Assembly: GCA_963664435.2 (NCBI GenBank)
Contig: CAXXKM010000001.1
Coordinates: 288,001 to 352,000, forward strand
DNA: 64,000 bases
Origin: Longimicrobiales bacterium
Lineage (GTDB): Bacteria > Gemmatimonadota > Gemmatimonadetes > Longimicrobiales > Gaopeijiaceae
Direction: 5' to 3'
Position 1 is the first letter of the stretch. Each line of letters opens with the position of its first letter. The position numbers and the translations under genes are program-made. Positions 28,735-39,239 of this stretch are shown piece after piece. The notes below the pieces were generated by a model. That model did not search any database. It was given only the letters and a program-made list of their open reading frames with translations, and had not been told where the DNA came from.

Positions 28735-31203
28735 TCAATCGAATGTACCCCGAGTCCCGGTGTTCTCGCTATCGGCGAGCGCCAGGGCCTGCTTCATGCG
28801 GAAGGCGTCGCTCATCACCACTCCGATGATGAAGGACGACATCCGGTAGTCGTTGCGCTCGGCCTCCCTCGCGATGGCGCGCACGGCAGGCTGGTCCCGA
28901 TAGTCGATGCCCCGTCCCAGCGCATAGGCCATCAGGCTCTCGGTGAACTGCCGCACCAACGGAACGGGGCGCTTGAGCAGGACGCGCGAGAGGTCCGCCG
29001 GGGTCTCGATGTCCGTGCCGTCGTAGTAGGTGCTCCGGGTGTCGAGCGGGGTGCCCTCCTCGCGGATGCGCCACCTGCCGGTCACGTCGAAGTTGTCGAG
29101 CGCGAGCCCGATCGGATCGATCAGGTCGTGGCAGGACGAACAGTCGGGGCTCTCGCGGTGGGCCTCGAGCCGCTCGCGGGTCGTGAGCACCTTGCCGTCA
29201 CGGGCGCTCGCGGTCTCTTCCAGGTCCGGAATGCCGGGAGGCGGAGGCGGCGGGGGCGTCCCCAGCAGCACCTCCATCACCCACAGGCCGCGCAGCACGG
29301 GCGAGGTGCGGTTGCCGAGCGATGTCTGGACCAGCATGCTGCCGTGGCCCAGGAGCCCGCGCCGGCGATCGTCGGGATAGCTCACCCGCCGGAAAGCTTC
29401 GCCCCTTACCCCGTCGATGCCGTAGTGACGTGCCAGGCGCTCGTTTACGAAGGTGTAGTCGGCGCCGTAGAGCTCGAGCAGACTCCGGTCCTCGCGGATC
29501 AGGTTGTGGAAGAAGAGCTCGCTCTCCCGCCGCATCGCCTCGGCGACCTGCCGGCTGTAGTTCGGGAAGCGGAACGCGTCCGGACTCACCTTCTCGACGT
29601 CCTGCAGGCGGAGCCAGAGCGAAGCGAAGCGGGTGGCCAGCGCCTCCGAACGCGGATCCGCCAGCAGGCGGCGCGCCTGGGCCTCGAACCGGACAGGATC
29701 CGAGAGCGCCCCGTCCCGAGCCGCGGCCACCAGTGGGGCGTCCGGGCCGGTGCCCCAGAGGAAAAACGACAGGCGCGCGGCAAGGTCCTCGCCCGCAAGC
29801 GGATAAGTCTCGCCGGGCGCCACATCCTCGGGTTCCCGTTCCATGCGGAAGAGGAAGTGCGGGCTGGAGAGGATCGCTTCGAGCGCCGTGCGCACGCCGG
29901 CCTCGAAGCCTCCGTCCTCGGAACCCATCTCGTAGAAGACGAGGAGGTCGCTCACCTCGTTGTCGTCCACGTCGCGGCCGTAGGCTTCCGACGCCAGCCG
30001 GGACACAATCTCGTGAGCGCACGGTCGCTCTTCGGCGGCCGCGGTTGGCCGGCAGGAGAAGACCCGCCGCCGCGCATCGAAATCGGAAACGCCCGTGGTG
30101 TTGTGCGGTCCCTCCACCGTCAGGCTCATCATGTGCGGGAGCGACGTGGTTCCGTAGCTGGTCTCGGTGCCGGTCAGGGACCAGTCGTGGGGACGGATCA
30201 GGTCCTCGTAGGGGCCATCCATCCTGCGGATGAAGGCTGCGGAAAGGCGGTGCTCGCCCGCGCGCAGGGGAATGGGATCGGTCCGCACCGGGAACCCCTT
30301 GCGCCCCTGGAAGTCGATGTTGCCCCCGTAGCGCAGCAGCGCCACCCGCTCCCCGTTGACGGAGATGTCGATGTCGTGGCCGCGCTCGCCCCATCCCGAC
30401 ATGAAGCTCATCGAGAAGATGTACTCCCCGTCGGCGGGGAAGGAATGCAGGACACTCACCCCGCCGCGGGTGCCGAAGGGCGCGCCTTCGACCCGCTCCC
30501 ATTCGTGCTGGGAGACGGAGGGCGGGTTGTTGTAGGACACGGACGTGGTTGCCGCGTCGCGGTCCCCGATGGCGCGGCGCGCGATATCGCTGGCGGCGGA
30601 CAGGTAGGCGTCCATCAGCGTCGGGGTGAGCGTCTGGGCCTCGGCATTGTTGTCGAAGCTCTCGCTGATGCGGTCCGGCGGCAACCAGTCTTCCGGGTCG
30701 ACCGTGAGCCCCAGCAGGTCATGGATCACCCGTGCGTACTCGGCGCGGTTGAGGCGCTGGAAGGGGCGGGTGCCCGCGAAGGGCCGGGCGGCGGCGGCCT
30801 CGTCCACCACGTCCTCGAGGAACTGCGCCAGCGCCTGCAGGGTGTCGTCGGGGGGGCGTCGCTGACCCGGGGGCGGCATCATGCCCGCGCGCAGCTTGCG
30901 GATCATGCGCTCGGCGACCTCGGCGTTCTCGTCGGCGCGGGTGACGTCGAACCCTTCCAGCGACAGGTTTCCGCGCATCCGGCGCTCGCTGTGACAGCGG
31001 GTGCAGTAGCGCTCAACGACGTCCTCGACCGGAGCGGACCCCAGGTCGGCAGGGAGAACGTCATGGGCACCGCCGTATGCGGGATATGCGGCCGGGGCAG
31101 AACCATATGTGGCGTCGGACGGGCCGGCGGGCCCAGTCTCGCGCGCTCCTCCCGCAACCAGCACCACACCCCCCAGCGCAACCGCAGCGGCCAGAACCTT
31201 CAC
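28735..31203 (-). CDS. DUF1592-family protein (PSCyt1 cytochrome c plus DUF1587/1595/1592/1588/1585)
   Basis: Signal peptide; CTRCH..KLRAGMMPP; RLNRAEY; LSSPHFLFR; LAARLSFFLW; RTSPVLRG; CSSCH..DPIGLALDNFD. Confidence 0.92.
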   Translation of the reverse strand: MKVLAAAVALGGVVLVAGGARETGPAGPSDATYGSAPAAYPAYGGAHDVLPADLGSAPVEDVVERYCTRCHSERRMRGNLSLEGFDVTRADENAEVAERMIRKLRAGMMPPPGQRRPPDDTLQALAQFLEDVVDEAAAARPFAGTRPFQRLNRAEYARVIHDLLGLTVDPEDWLPPDRISESFDNNAEAQTLTPTLMDAYLSAASDIARRAIGDRDAATTSVSYNNPPSVSQHEWERVEGAPFGTRGGVSVLHSFPADGEYIFSMSFMSGWGERGHDIDISVNGERVALLRYGGNIDFQGRKGFPVRTDPIPLRAGEHRLSAAFIRRMDGPYEDLIRPHDWSLTGTETSYGTTSLPHMMSLTVEGPHNTTGVSDFDARRRVFSCRPTAAAEERPCAHEIVSRLASEAYGRDVDDNEVSDLLVFYEMGSEDGGFEAGVRTALEAILSSPHFLFRMEREPEDVAPGETYPLAGEDLAARLSFFLWGTGPDAPLVAAARDGALSDPVRFEAQARRLLADPRSEALATRFASLWLRLQDVEKVSPDAFRFPNYSRQVAEAMRRESELFFHNLIREDRSLLELYGADYTFVNERLARHYGIDGVRGEAFRRVSYPDDRRRGLLGHGSMLVQTSLGNRTSPVLRGLWVMEVLLGTPPPPPPPGIPDLEETASARDGKVLTTRERLEAHRESPDCSSCHDLIDPIGLALDNFDVTGRWRIREEGTPLDTRSTYYDGTDIETPADLSRVLLKRPVPLVRQFTESLMAYALGRGIDYRDQPAVRAIAREAERNDYRMSSFIIGVVMSDAFRMKQALALADSENTGTRGTFD

Positions 31204-31276
31204 GGTACCTCCTTGCCGACCGGGCCGCGGTCATGCGGCCCTTCACCCAGGCTCATCGCAGGGTTCGGTGATCCAG

Positions 31277-31308
31277 ACGATGTGCAACCCCTGAATATAA
31301 CGATGTGC
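31277..31308 (-). promoter_or_regulatory. -10-like TATATT flanked by two GCACATCGT direct repeats upstream of the DUF1592 operon
   Basis: Minus strand reads GCACATCGT-TATATT-CAGGGGTT-GCACATCGT. Confidence 0.5.
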
Positions 31309-31404
31309 CGCACCCGGGACAGCCCGCGCGGAACGCCCCCCCGGCAGCGCCCGCGACGGTGCATCAGCCCGCTTGCCGGGCTCTCCGGCAGCCTGTCTTA
31401 TTGC

Positions 31405-31805
31405 ATGAAGGTCCCGACCGCGTGCGGCTGGCCGCCGACGTGTATTACGCGACGTCGAGAACTTCGTCAGCGCGCTGACGGCCGCTGGTGCCTTTCCGAC
31501 GCCTTCGATATGAGTTCGGGGGTCTTCGCCGGCCGGGTGGAAGCCTACCAGGTCGTGGACGTTACTGCAGGCTATCTACTTCCATTCCAAACGAATACGC
31601 GCCTTGAGTTAACAATCTACAACGCCCTCGGCGACCGATGGGCGGAGGAAGGCGCGGTGACGCTGCGCAGAGTGGCGGACCGAATGCAGCTGCAGCGCGG
31701 CGGCGGCAGCGAGTTCTCCGCGCTGGCCGTGATCGTGCCCACCGGCTACGGTCATGTGCGCCCCGGGAGGTGGGTGTCAATACGATTGGAGCGCTGGGTC
31801 CATAG
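31405..31805 (+). pseudogene. Mosaic of degraded gene fragments (CocE/NonD-like N-terminus; TonB-dependent receptor C-terminus; DUF4143 ATPase C-terminus)
   Basis: Translations MKVP/DRVRLAADVY; DAFDMSSGVFAGRVEAYQVVDVTAGYLLP..RLELTIYN; LAVIVPTGYGHVRP/EVGVNTIGALGP*, with frameshifts between pieces. Confidence 0.55.
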
Positions 31806-31831
31806 TGGCCGGGTGGGTCCGCAAAGGCCCA

Positions 31832-31933
31832 ATGCCGGGTGGCTTCCAGCTGCAGGAGCGGATCTGATGACGAGTCTTTTCCAGTCACGGGAGCGGGTCT
31901 CATGCTGAGTTATTTTCAGCTTCAGGAGCGTGG
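31832..31933 (+). repeat. Degenerate 35-bp tandem triplication of the permease start region
   Basis: ATGs at 31832, 31867 and 31902, reading MPGGFQLQER, MTSLFQSRER and MLSYFQLQER. Confidence 0.75.
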
Positions 31934-33191
31934 AACGACTGTCCGTACCGAGGTGCTGGCGGGATGCACCACCTTCCTCACCCTCGCGTACATCATCTTC
32001 GTGAACCCCCTGGTTCTCGGGGGCGCGGGGATGGACACGGGGGCCGTGCTGGTGGCCACCTGCCTGGCCTCGGCATTCGGCTGCCTGGTCATGGGGCTTT
32101 GGGCCAACTACCCCATCGCGCTGGCGCCGGGGATGGGGCTGAACGCCTACTTCGTGGCGATCGCCGTAGGCACGCTGGGCCTGGCGTGGCAGGTCGCGCT
32201 GGGGGCGGTGTTCCTGTCGGGTGTGCTCATGTTCGTCCTTTCCGTGCTCCCTGTGCGCAAGTGGGTGGTGGAAAGCATCCCGCGCTCGCAGAAGATGGCC
32301 ATCGCGGCCGGGATCGGGTTCTTCCTGGCGATCATCGCCCTGCAGAACGCCGGCGTGGTGGTCGACAGCGAAGCCACCCTGATCACGCTGGGCGACCTCA
32401 CCCAGTGGACGGTGCTGCTGGCGGTTCTGGGCTTCCTCGCCATGGTGGCGCTGGAGCACCGCGGGCTGCCCGGCGCGGTGCTGCTGTGCATTCTGGCAGT
32501 GGCGGTCGCGGGATGGCTGTCCGGCCTGGCGGCGGCGCCGGAGTCGGTGGTGTCCGCCCCGCCTTCCCTGGCGCCGACCGCGTTCCAGCTGGACGTGGCG
32601 GCGGCGGTCGAGGTGGGGCTGGTGGCGATCGTGTTCTCCTTCCTCATGGTCGACCTGTTCGACACCAGCGGCACCCTGGTCGCGGTGCTGAACGAGGCGG
32701 GGCTCACCGACAAGGACGGGCGCGTCCCGGGGCTGCGGCGCGCGCTCGTCGCCGATAGCTCGGCCACCATGGTGGGCGCGCTCCTCGGCACTTCGACCAC
32801 GACCTCCTACATCGAGAGCGCGGCGGGCGTGCGGGCCGGCGGGCGCACCGGCCTCACCGCGGTGGTGGTGGCGGGCCTCTTCCTGGCCGCGCTGGTGCTC
32901 GCGCCGGTGGCGACCGCCATCCCCGCCTTCGCGACCGCCCCGGCGATCCTGTTCGTGGGCTGCATCATGGCGCGGGCACTGCGCAACGTGCCCTGGGACG
33001 ACCTCACCGAGTGCGTCCCGGCCATCGTGACCGCGCTCGCGATGCCGTTCACCTACTCGATCGCGACCGGGATCGGCATGGGGTTCATCGCCTACGCGCT
33101 CATCAAGCTGTTCTCGGGGCGCGCCTCCGAGCTGAACGCCGCGGTCGTGATCGTGGCAGTGCTGTTCGGTATCCGCTTCGCCATCAGTTAG
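31902..33191 (+). CDS. NCS2/AzgA-family purine permease
   Basis: TEVLAGCTTFLTLAYIIFVNP, APGMGLNAYF, DLFDTSGTL, YIESAAG..GGRTGLTA. Confidence 0.94.
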   Translation: MLSYFQLQERGTTVRTEVLAGCTTFLTLAYIIFVNPLVLGGAGMDTGAVLVATCLASAFGCLVMGLWANYPIALAPGMGLNAYFVAIAVGTLGLAWQVALGAVFLSGVLMFVLSVLPVRKWVVESIPRSQKMAIAAGIGFFLAIIALQNAGVVVDSEATLITLGDLTQWTVLLAVLGFLAMVALEHRGLPGAVLLCILAVAVAGWLSGLAAAPESVVSAPPSLAPTAFQLDVAAAVEVGLVAIVFSFLMVDLFDTSGTLVAVLNEAGLTDKDGRVPGLRRALVADSSATMVGALLGTSTTTSYIESAAGVRAGGRTGLTAVVVAGLFLAALVLAPVATAIPAFATAPAILFVGCIMARALRNVPWDDLTECVPAIVTALAMPFTYSIATGIGMGFIAYALIKLFSGRASELNAAVVIVAVLFGIRFAIS

Positions 33192-33216
33192 GAGTTCTGC
33201 GCGGCCGCACCTCGGA

Positions 33217-33263
33217 CCACAACATGGCGTGGGTGGGAACGTCGAAAACACAACATATGGTGT
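33217..33263. promoter_or_regulatory. Tandem NrdR-box-like operator
   Basis: CCACAACATGGCGTGG (33217-33232) and ACACAACATATGGTGT (33248-33263), 31 bp start to start; resemble the acaCwAtATaTwGtgt consensus. Confidence 0.65.
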
Positions 33264-33349
33264 GCAGTGCGAGTTCCGGTAACCCCTGGATGATGCTCTC
33301 ACCACCATAAAGTGCGGCCGATGGGACCCTTCCAAGCGCGACCAACAAG

Positions 33350-33387
33350 CATGACTCATACAGGTTTCGTACATGATTCATACAGGT
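33350..33387 (+). repeat. 16-bp direct repeat immediately upstream of the M24 peptidase
   Basis: CATGACTCATACAGGT and CATGATTCATACAGGT, 22-bp period, 1 mismatch. Confidence 0.8.
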
Positions 33388-33395
33388 AGTTGCCG

Positions 33396-34847
33396 ATGCA
33401 CACGATTTCTCCTCCGCTGAAACCGGGTTCACTGGCCGCGATCGCAGCCCTGATCGCCTCCTGCGCCCCCGCCAGCCCGTCCGGCGACGCCCCGCCCTCC
33501 GTCGGGAGGCCCGCCGTGTCCCCCGATCCCGTCGAACTCTTCGACGGCCGCGTCATCCCGGGGATGCCCGAACTACTGGGCCTGCGCGCCCAATACGAAG
33601 TCCGCCTCGACTGGCTGGCGCGGAAGCGTCCCCTGTTGCTCCAGCAGATGCGCGAACACGGCATCGAGATGTGGATCGTGGTGAGCGAGGAGTTCCATCC
33701 CGACCCGGTCGCCCAGTACGTGGCCCCTCCCCTCCGCTACACGCGCCGGCGCGATGTCATGGTGTTCGTGGATGCCGGCGAGGAAGGGCTCGCGGCCTAC
33801 TCCGACTACTGGCGCCCCACGGAGGACTACCGCCGCTTCTTCCAGCCGCTCCCCGCGGCGCGCAACGCCCGAGGCATCCAGGACACCCGGGCCGGGCTGC
33901 GCGCGCTGGTGGAGCAATACGCCCCGGCCACCATCGGGCTCAACATCGGCGGAGCGCGCGGCCACGACAGCGGCCTCACCCACGACAGCTACCTGTTCCT
34001 GGCCGACGCGCTGGGTCCGGACGCGGAATCCCGCTTCCTCTCTGCCGCCGGCCTCATCGAGGATGTCTTCGATACCCGGCTGCCCGAGGAGCTGGAGCAC
34101 TACCGCCAGCTCGTGCTCGCCACCGACGTCATCGCCCAGACCGCGCTGTCGAACGTGGTCATCACGCCCGGCGAGACCCGCGCGGCCGACATCAAGTGGT
34201 TCTTCGAGGAGACCATAGCCGAGCTCGGAGTCGGCGGCGTGCCCTGGTTCGAGATCCACGTGGCCGTTCAGCGCTACGATCCCGACACCGGCGAGATGAT
34301 CCCCTACGTGCACCCCTCGCCCAACGACCTGGTCTTCCAGCAGGGCGACATCATCCACCTCGACTGCGGCTTCGACTACATTGGTTTCGCCAGCGACTGG
34401 CAGAAGGTCGCGTACATCCTGCGGGAAGGTGAAGACGATGTCCCCGAAGGACTTGAGGCCGCGCTCCAGAACGCCAATCTCATGCACGAGGCGTTCGCCT
34501 CCGAGCCTCGCCCGGGGATGACCGGCTGGGAGGCCACGCTCGCCATCGCCGCCAGGCTCGAAGGCGTCGACTTCCTCCCCAGCCTCTACTCACACCCCAT
34601 CGGCTATCACGGGCACGCGCTGGGCCCGAACATCAACGCCCGCGACATGGACCTGTCCTCGGCTCCGGAACGGGATTCCTACCTGAGGAACGGCGCGTAT
34701 CGCTCCATCGAGTTCAGCGCCACGTCGGCGATCCCGGAATACGGCGGCGGAACGGTCAGGATCCCGATGGAGGACGACGGCTACCTCACCCCCGAGGGTT
34801 ACGAGTACTTCCGGCCCTACCAGACGGAGTGGTACGTGATCCGGTGA
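33396..34847 (+). CDS. M24 family metallopeptidase (Xaa-Pro aminopeptidase-like), probable lipoprotein
   Basis: LIASC lipobox; GDIIHLDCG..ASD, SHPIGYHGH, SIEF, MEDD pita-bread ligands. Confidence 0.85.
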   Translation: MHTISPPLKPGSLAAIAALIASCAPASPSGDAPPSVGRPAVSPDPVELFDGRVIPGMPELLGLRAQYEVRLDWLARKRPLLLQQMREHGIEMWIVVSEEFHPDPVAQYVAPPLRYTRRRDVMVFVDAGEEGLAAYSDYWRPTEDYRRFFQPLPAARNARGIQDTRAGLRALVEQYAPATIGLNIGGARGHDSGLTHDSYLFLADALGPDAESRFLSAAGLIEDVFDTRLPEELEHYRQLVLATDVIAQTALSNVVITPGETRAADIKWFFEETIAELGVGGVPWFEIHVAVQRYDPDTGEMIPYVHPSPNDLVFQQGDIIHLDCGFDYIGFASDWQKVAYILREGEDDVPEGLEAALQNANLMHEAFASEPRPGMTGWEATLAIAARLEGVDFLPSLYSHPIGYHGHALGPNINARDMDLSSAPERDSYLRNGAYRSIEFSATSAIPEYGGGTVRIPMEDDGYLTPEGYEYFRPYQTEWYVIR

Positions 34848-35017
34848 GAGGGCGTCCGTCATCCAGACAGGAATCACCGATCCGTGATCTTGTTGCGAGC
34901 GTTTCACTTACGGGATTATTGGACGCGAGCGCAACCGCGGCTTCGTTGTACTACGATCGGATCGCCAGCGTCGGGCCGACAGCCGGAGTCCATTGGCGGA
35001 CTTGCAGTGCTCGCGGA

Positions 35018-35036
35018 GTGTGTAACTATTACACAC
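35018..35036. promoter_or_regulatory. Inverted-repeat operator of the toxin-antitoxin operon
   Basis: GTGTGTAA-CTA-TTACACAC, a perfect 8-bp inverted repeat 25 nt upstream of the antitoxin ATG. Confidence 0.7.
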
Positions 35037-35061
35037 GCAATCGCCTCGCGAGGAGAACAGC

Positions 35062-35295
35062 ATGGCTCGACGTGTCAACATCATGATGGACGACGAGGCG
35101 TGGCGCGTGATCGAGAGGCTGCCGCGCGGTAGCCGGAGCCGCGCCGTCAACGCCGCGATCCGGGAGTGGTCCGGCACCTCCAGGAGGCGCGAGGCCTCCG
35201 CACGGATGGATGCGCTACGCGCTCGGCTGCCCGCCGTCGAGACCGACCGGATCGTTCGGTGGATACGGGAGGGGCGGGAGCGGCGGCTCCCGTGA
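35062..35295 (+). CDS. Putative RHH-type antitoxin
   Basis: 77 aa; RVNIMMDDE..RSRAVNAAIREW; AGGAG RBS; stop overlaps the toxin GTG. Confidence 0.8.
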   Translation: MARRVNIMMDDEAWRVIERLPRGSRSRAVNAAIREWSGTSRRREASARMDALRARLPAVETDRIVRWIREGRERRLP

Positions 35296-35714
35296 TCGTC
35301 ACGCCGGACGCATCGGTTCTTCTCAAGTGGGTTCTTCCGGGCGACGACGATCAGGACACCGACGCAGCACTCGCGCTGCGTGACGAAGCGGTGGCCGGAA
35401 CCGTCGATCTTGTCGTTCCCCAACTCTGGATCTACGAGGTGGGCAACACGCTGGCGAGGCGGTTTCCCGAAGACGCCGACGAATTGCTCATGTCGCTTGC
35501 GGACTTCGGTCTTGCTGAAGCGAAGCTGGACGCAAGGTGGAGGGCGCGCGCCGTGTCCCTATCGGTAAGGTACGGTGTCGCGTTCTGCGACGCGGCCTAC
35601 CATGCCGTGGCGCTCGGCCTCCGCGGTGTGTTCGTCACGGCGGACGAACGGTATGTGCGCCGCGCCTCGGGGGCCGGAGGCATTTCGTCCCTGCGACTCT
35701 GGCGGAGACCCTGA
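35292..35714 (+). CDS. vapC: PIN-domain (VapC-family) toxin
   Basis: DASVLLKW, YEVGN, DAAY, FVTAD acidic PIN residues; 140 aa. Confidence 0.88.
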   Translation: MIVTPDASVLLKWVLPGDDDQDTDAALALRDEAVAGTVDLVVPQLWIYEVGNTLARRFPEDADELLMSLADFGLAEAKLDARWRARAVSLSVRYGVAFCDAAYHAVALGLRGVFVTADERYVRRASGAGGISSLRLWRRP

Positions 35715-35763
35715 TCCGGGCCGGTCGCCTCGCCCTGGCAGCCCCGCCCGCGATCCCCTTCCC

Positions 35764-37722
<1,959 letters not shown>

Positions 37723-37753
37723 CTCAGGTCTCCGCTGCATGGTCAGGGTCCTG

Positions 37754-37778
37754 TACTGACATCTACTGGTATTTACTG
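37754..37778. promoter_or_regulatory. Three TACTG direct repeats at 10-bp period upstream of acs
   Basis: TACTG at 37754, 37764 and 37774. Confidence 0.5.
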
Positions 37779-37807
37779 GCGTGTTATCCGGTTCCCTTCC
37801 CTCGGGG

Positions 37808-38377
37808 TCATGAATCTTCTGCCCCAAGAAACTCCGCCACAACCCGGCTCGCCAGCAGCGCCTCGAAGGACTTTACCGTGGCCGAGCTCAGCGTGCGTAC
37901 CACGCGCGCGCCGGCGTCGATCGCCACATCGGGGATCACAAGCCTGAACCGGCACTCGGTGCGGGCGTCCTCGGGACGGGCGTTGCGGTGCGGCACGGTC
38001 GCGCGCAGCGTCACCGGGGTCCCGTGCCCCCGGGTCAGTCCGCGGTCCGCTTCCCGCGCCAGCCCCTTCAGCGCCCCGGCGAAGTCTCCAAGCTCGCCCA
38101 GAGTCCGCCCCCGCACGGCGAGCGCCAGGTTGCCGCCGAGCCCCTGCGAAGTCTCGTCGAGAAAGACGTCCACGCTCACCGGCTCACGTCGATGCGGCTG
38201 GTGGAAGAAGAGGTATGCGCTGCGCGTGGATTCGCCGGCCCAGCGGCCTTCGAACTCGTGACTGGTGGTCTTCTGCATCCCGGAGAGCCTCCAGCCGGCG
38301 TCCTCAACTCCCTGCCGAACGGCATCGATCAGCGGCTCCAGCGTGAGCAGCGCGCTTTCGTCGGGATCGGTCGTCAT
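37808..38377 (-). CDS. Conserved hypothetical protein
   Basis: Globular-looking ORF ([25 protein letters not shown]) with high-GC codon usage. Confidence 0.7.
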   Translation of the reverse strand: MTTDPDESALLTLEPLIDAVRQGVEDAGWRLSGMQKTTSHEFEGRWAGESTRSAYLFFHQPHRREPVSVDVFLDETSQGLGGNLALAVRGRTLGELGDFAGALKGLAREADRGLTRGHGTPVTLRATVPHRNARPEDARTECRFRLVIPDVAIDAGARVVRTLSSATVKSFEALLASRVVAEFLGAEDS

Positions 38378-38385
38378 CGCTCCGG

Positions 38386-38415
38386 TTGACACATTTTCGC
38401 CCCGCTTAGTACGTT
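38386..38415 (+). promoter_or_regulatory. Putative sigma70 promoter of the Fur-family gene
   Basis: TTGACA-N18-TACGTT. Confidence 0.55.
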
Positions 38416-38492
38416 GGCTGATCAGGGGGATACGTTCTACAGGTCCCGTTCCGGCAGGCCGTCAGCCGAGCACGGGCCGAAGATCACTTGCG

Positions 38493-38945
38493 ATGTTGAC
38501 CCAGTCCGAGCAGAGCGACGCCATCCTGCGAGAGGCGATGGAGCGAAGCGGTCAGCGCTTCACCGCCCAGCGTGCGGCCGTCTTCCGGTTTCTGCACACC
38601 ACCGACACCCATCCCACCGCGGACGACGTGTACCGCTGCGTGCGCGCCAACCTCCCGGGCATCTCCCTGGGCACCGTCTACAAGAGTCTGGAGACGCTCG
38701 TGGGATGCGGGCTGGCGCGCAAGCTCACCGGCGGCAACGGCTCGGCAAGGTACGATGGGCGCATGGATCCGCACTATCACGCGCGCTGTCTCGAGTGTGG
38801 CCGGCTGAGGGACGTGCCCGGCCCTGGCAAGCCCGAGTCGTTCGTGGACATCCCGGTCACGATGGACGGCTTTGCCGTGACCGAGTTGCGGTTGGAAGTG
38901 GTGGGGTACTGCGAGGGCTGTCGCCCCGACCAGCGCGTCGCCTAG
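38493..38945 (+). CDS. Fur/PerR family transcriptional regulator
   Basis: RFTAQR, HPTADDVY, ISLGTVYKSL, HYHARCLECG, CEGC. Confidence 0.92.
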   Translation: MLTQSEQSDAILREAMERSGQRFTAQRAAVFRFLHTTDTHPTADDVYRCVRANLPGISLGTVYKSLETLVGCGLARKLTGGNGSARYDGRMDPHYHARCLECGRLRDVPGPGKPESFVDIPVTMDGFAVTELRLEVVGYCEGCRPDQRVA

Positions 38946-39199
38946 CCGAACGCCGGCGAGGAAGCCCGGCCCCGGGCGGAACGCAGGCGTCGGCGCAGTT
39001 CCACGTCCGAGGTGGTCGCGAGCGTCCGCTGCGCCGTTCTGAGCGAATTCCAGCGCACGTCGGCCAGCTCGATCGGCTCGCCGCCTTCCTCGCCCTCCAA
39101 CGCGAAAACGAACGAGTAGCGGCCCTTGTAGTCGTGCCCCGGCCGCTCCCGCACGCTCGCAACCCACGTCCGTCCGCTCTCGTCCTGGAAGCTCCTCAT
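38942..39199 (-). CDS. Small hypothetical protein
   Basis: 85 aa, MRSFQDESGRTW..; GGAGG upstream. Confidence 0.7.
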   Translation of the reverse strand: MRSFQDESGRTWVASVRERPGHDYKGRYSFVFALEGEEGGEPIELADVRWNSLRTAQRTLATTSDVELRRRLRSARGRASSPAFG

Positions 39200-39239
39200 C
39201 TCGGTGCGCCCTCCGTCATCTCCAGCCGCTCTCCGCCTT

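Noticed and set aside
31806..31901. Purine, xanthine or ZTP riboswitch, or hammerhead (CTGATGA), upstream of the NCS2 permease
   Set aside because: Conserved cores are incomplete, the CGTGACTGG match is on the wrong strand, and the region is explained by the 35-bp triplication. An Rfam cmscan would settle it.
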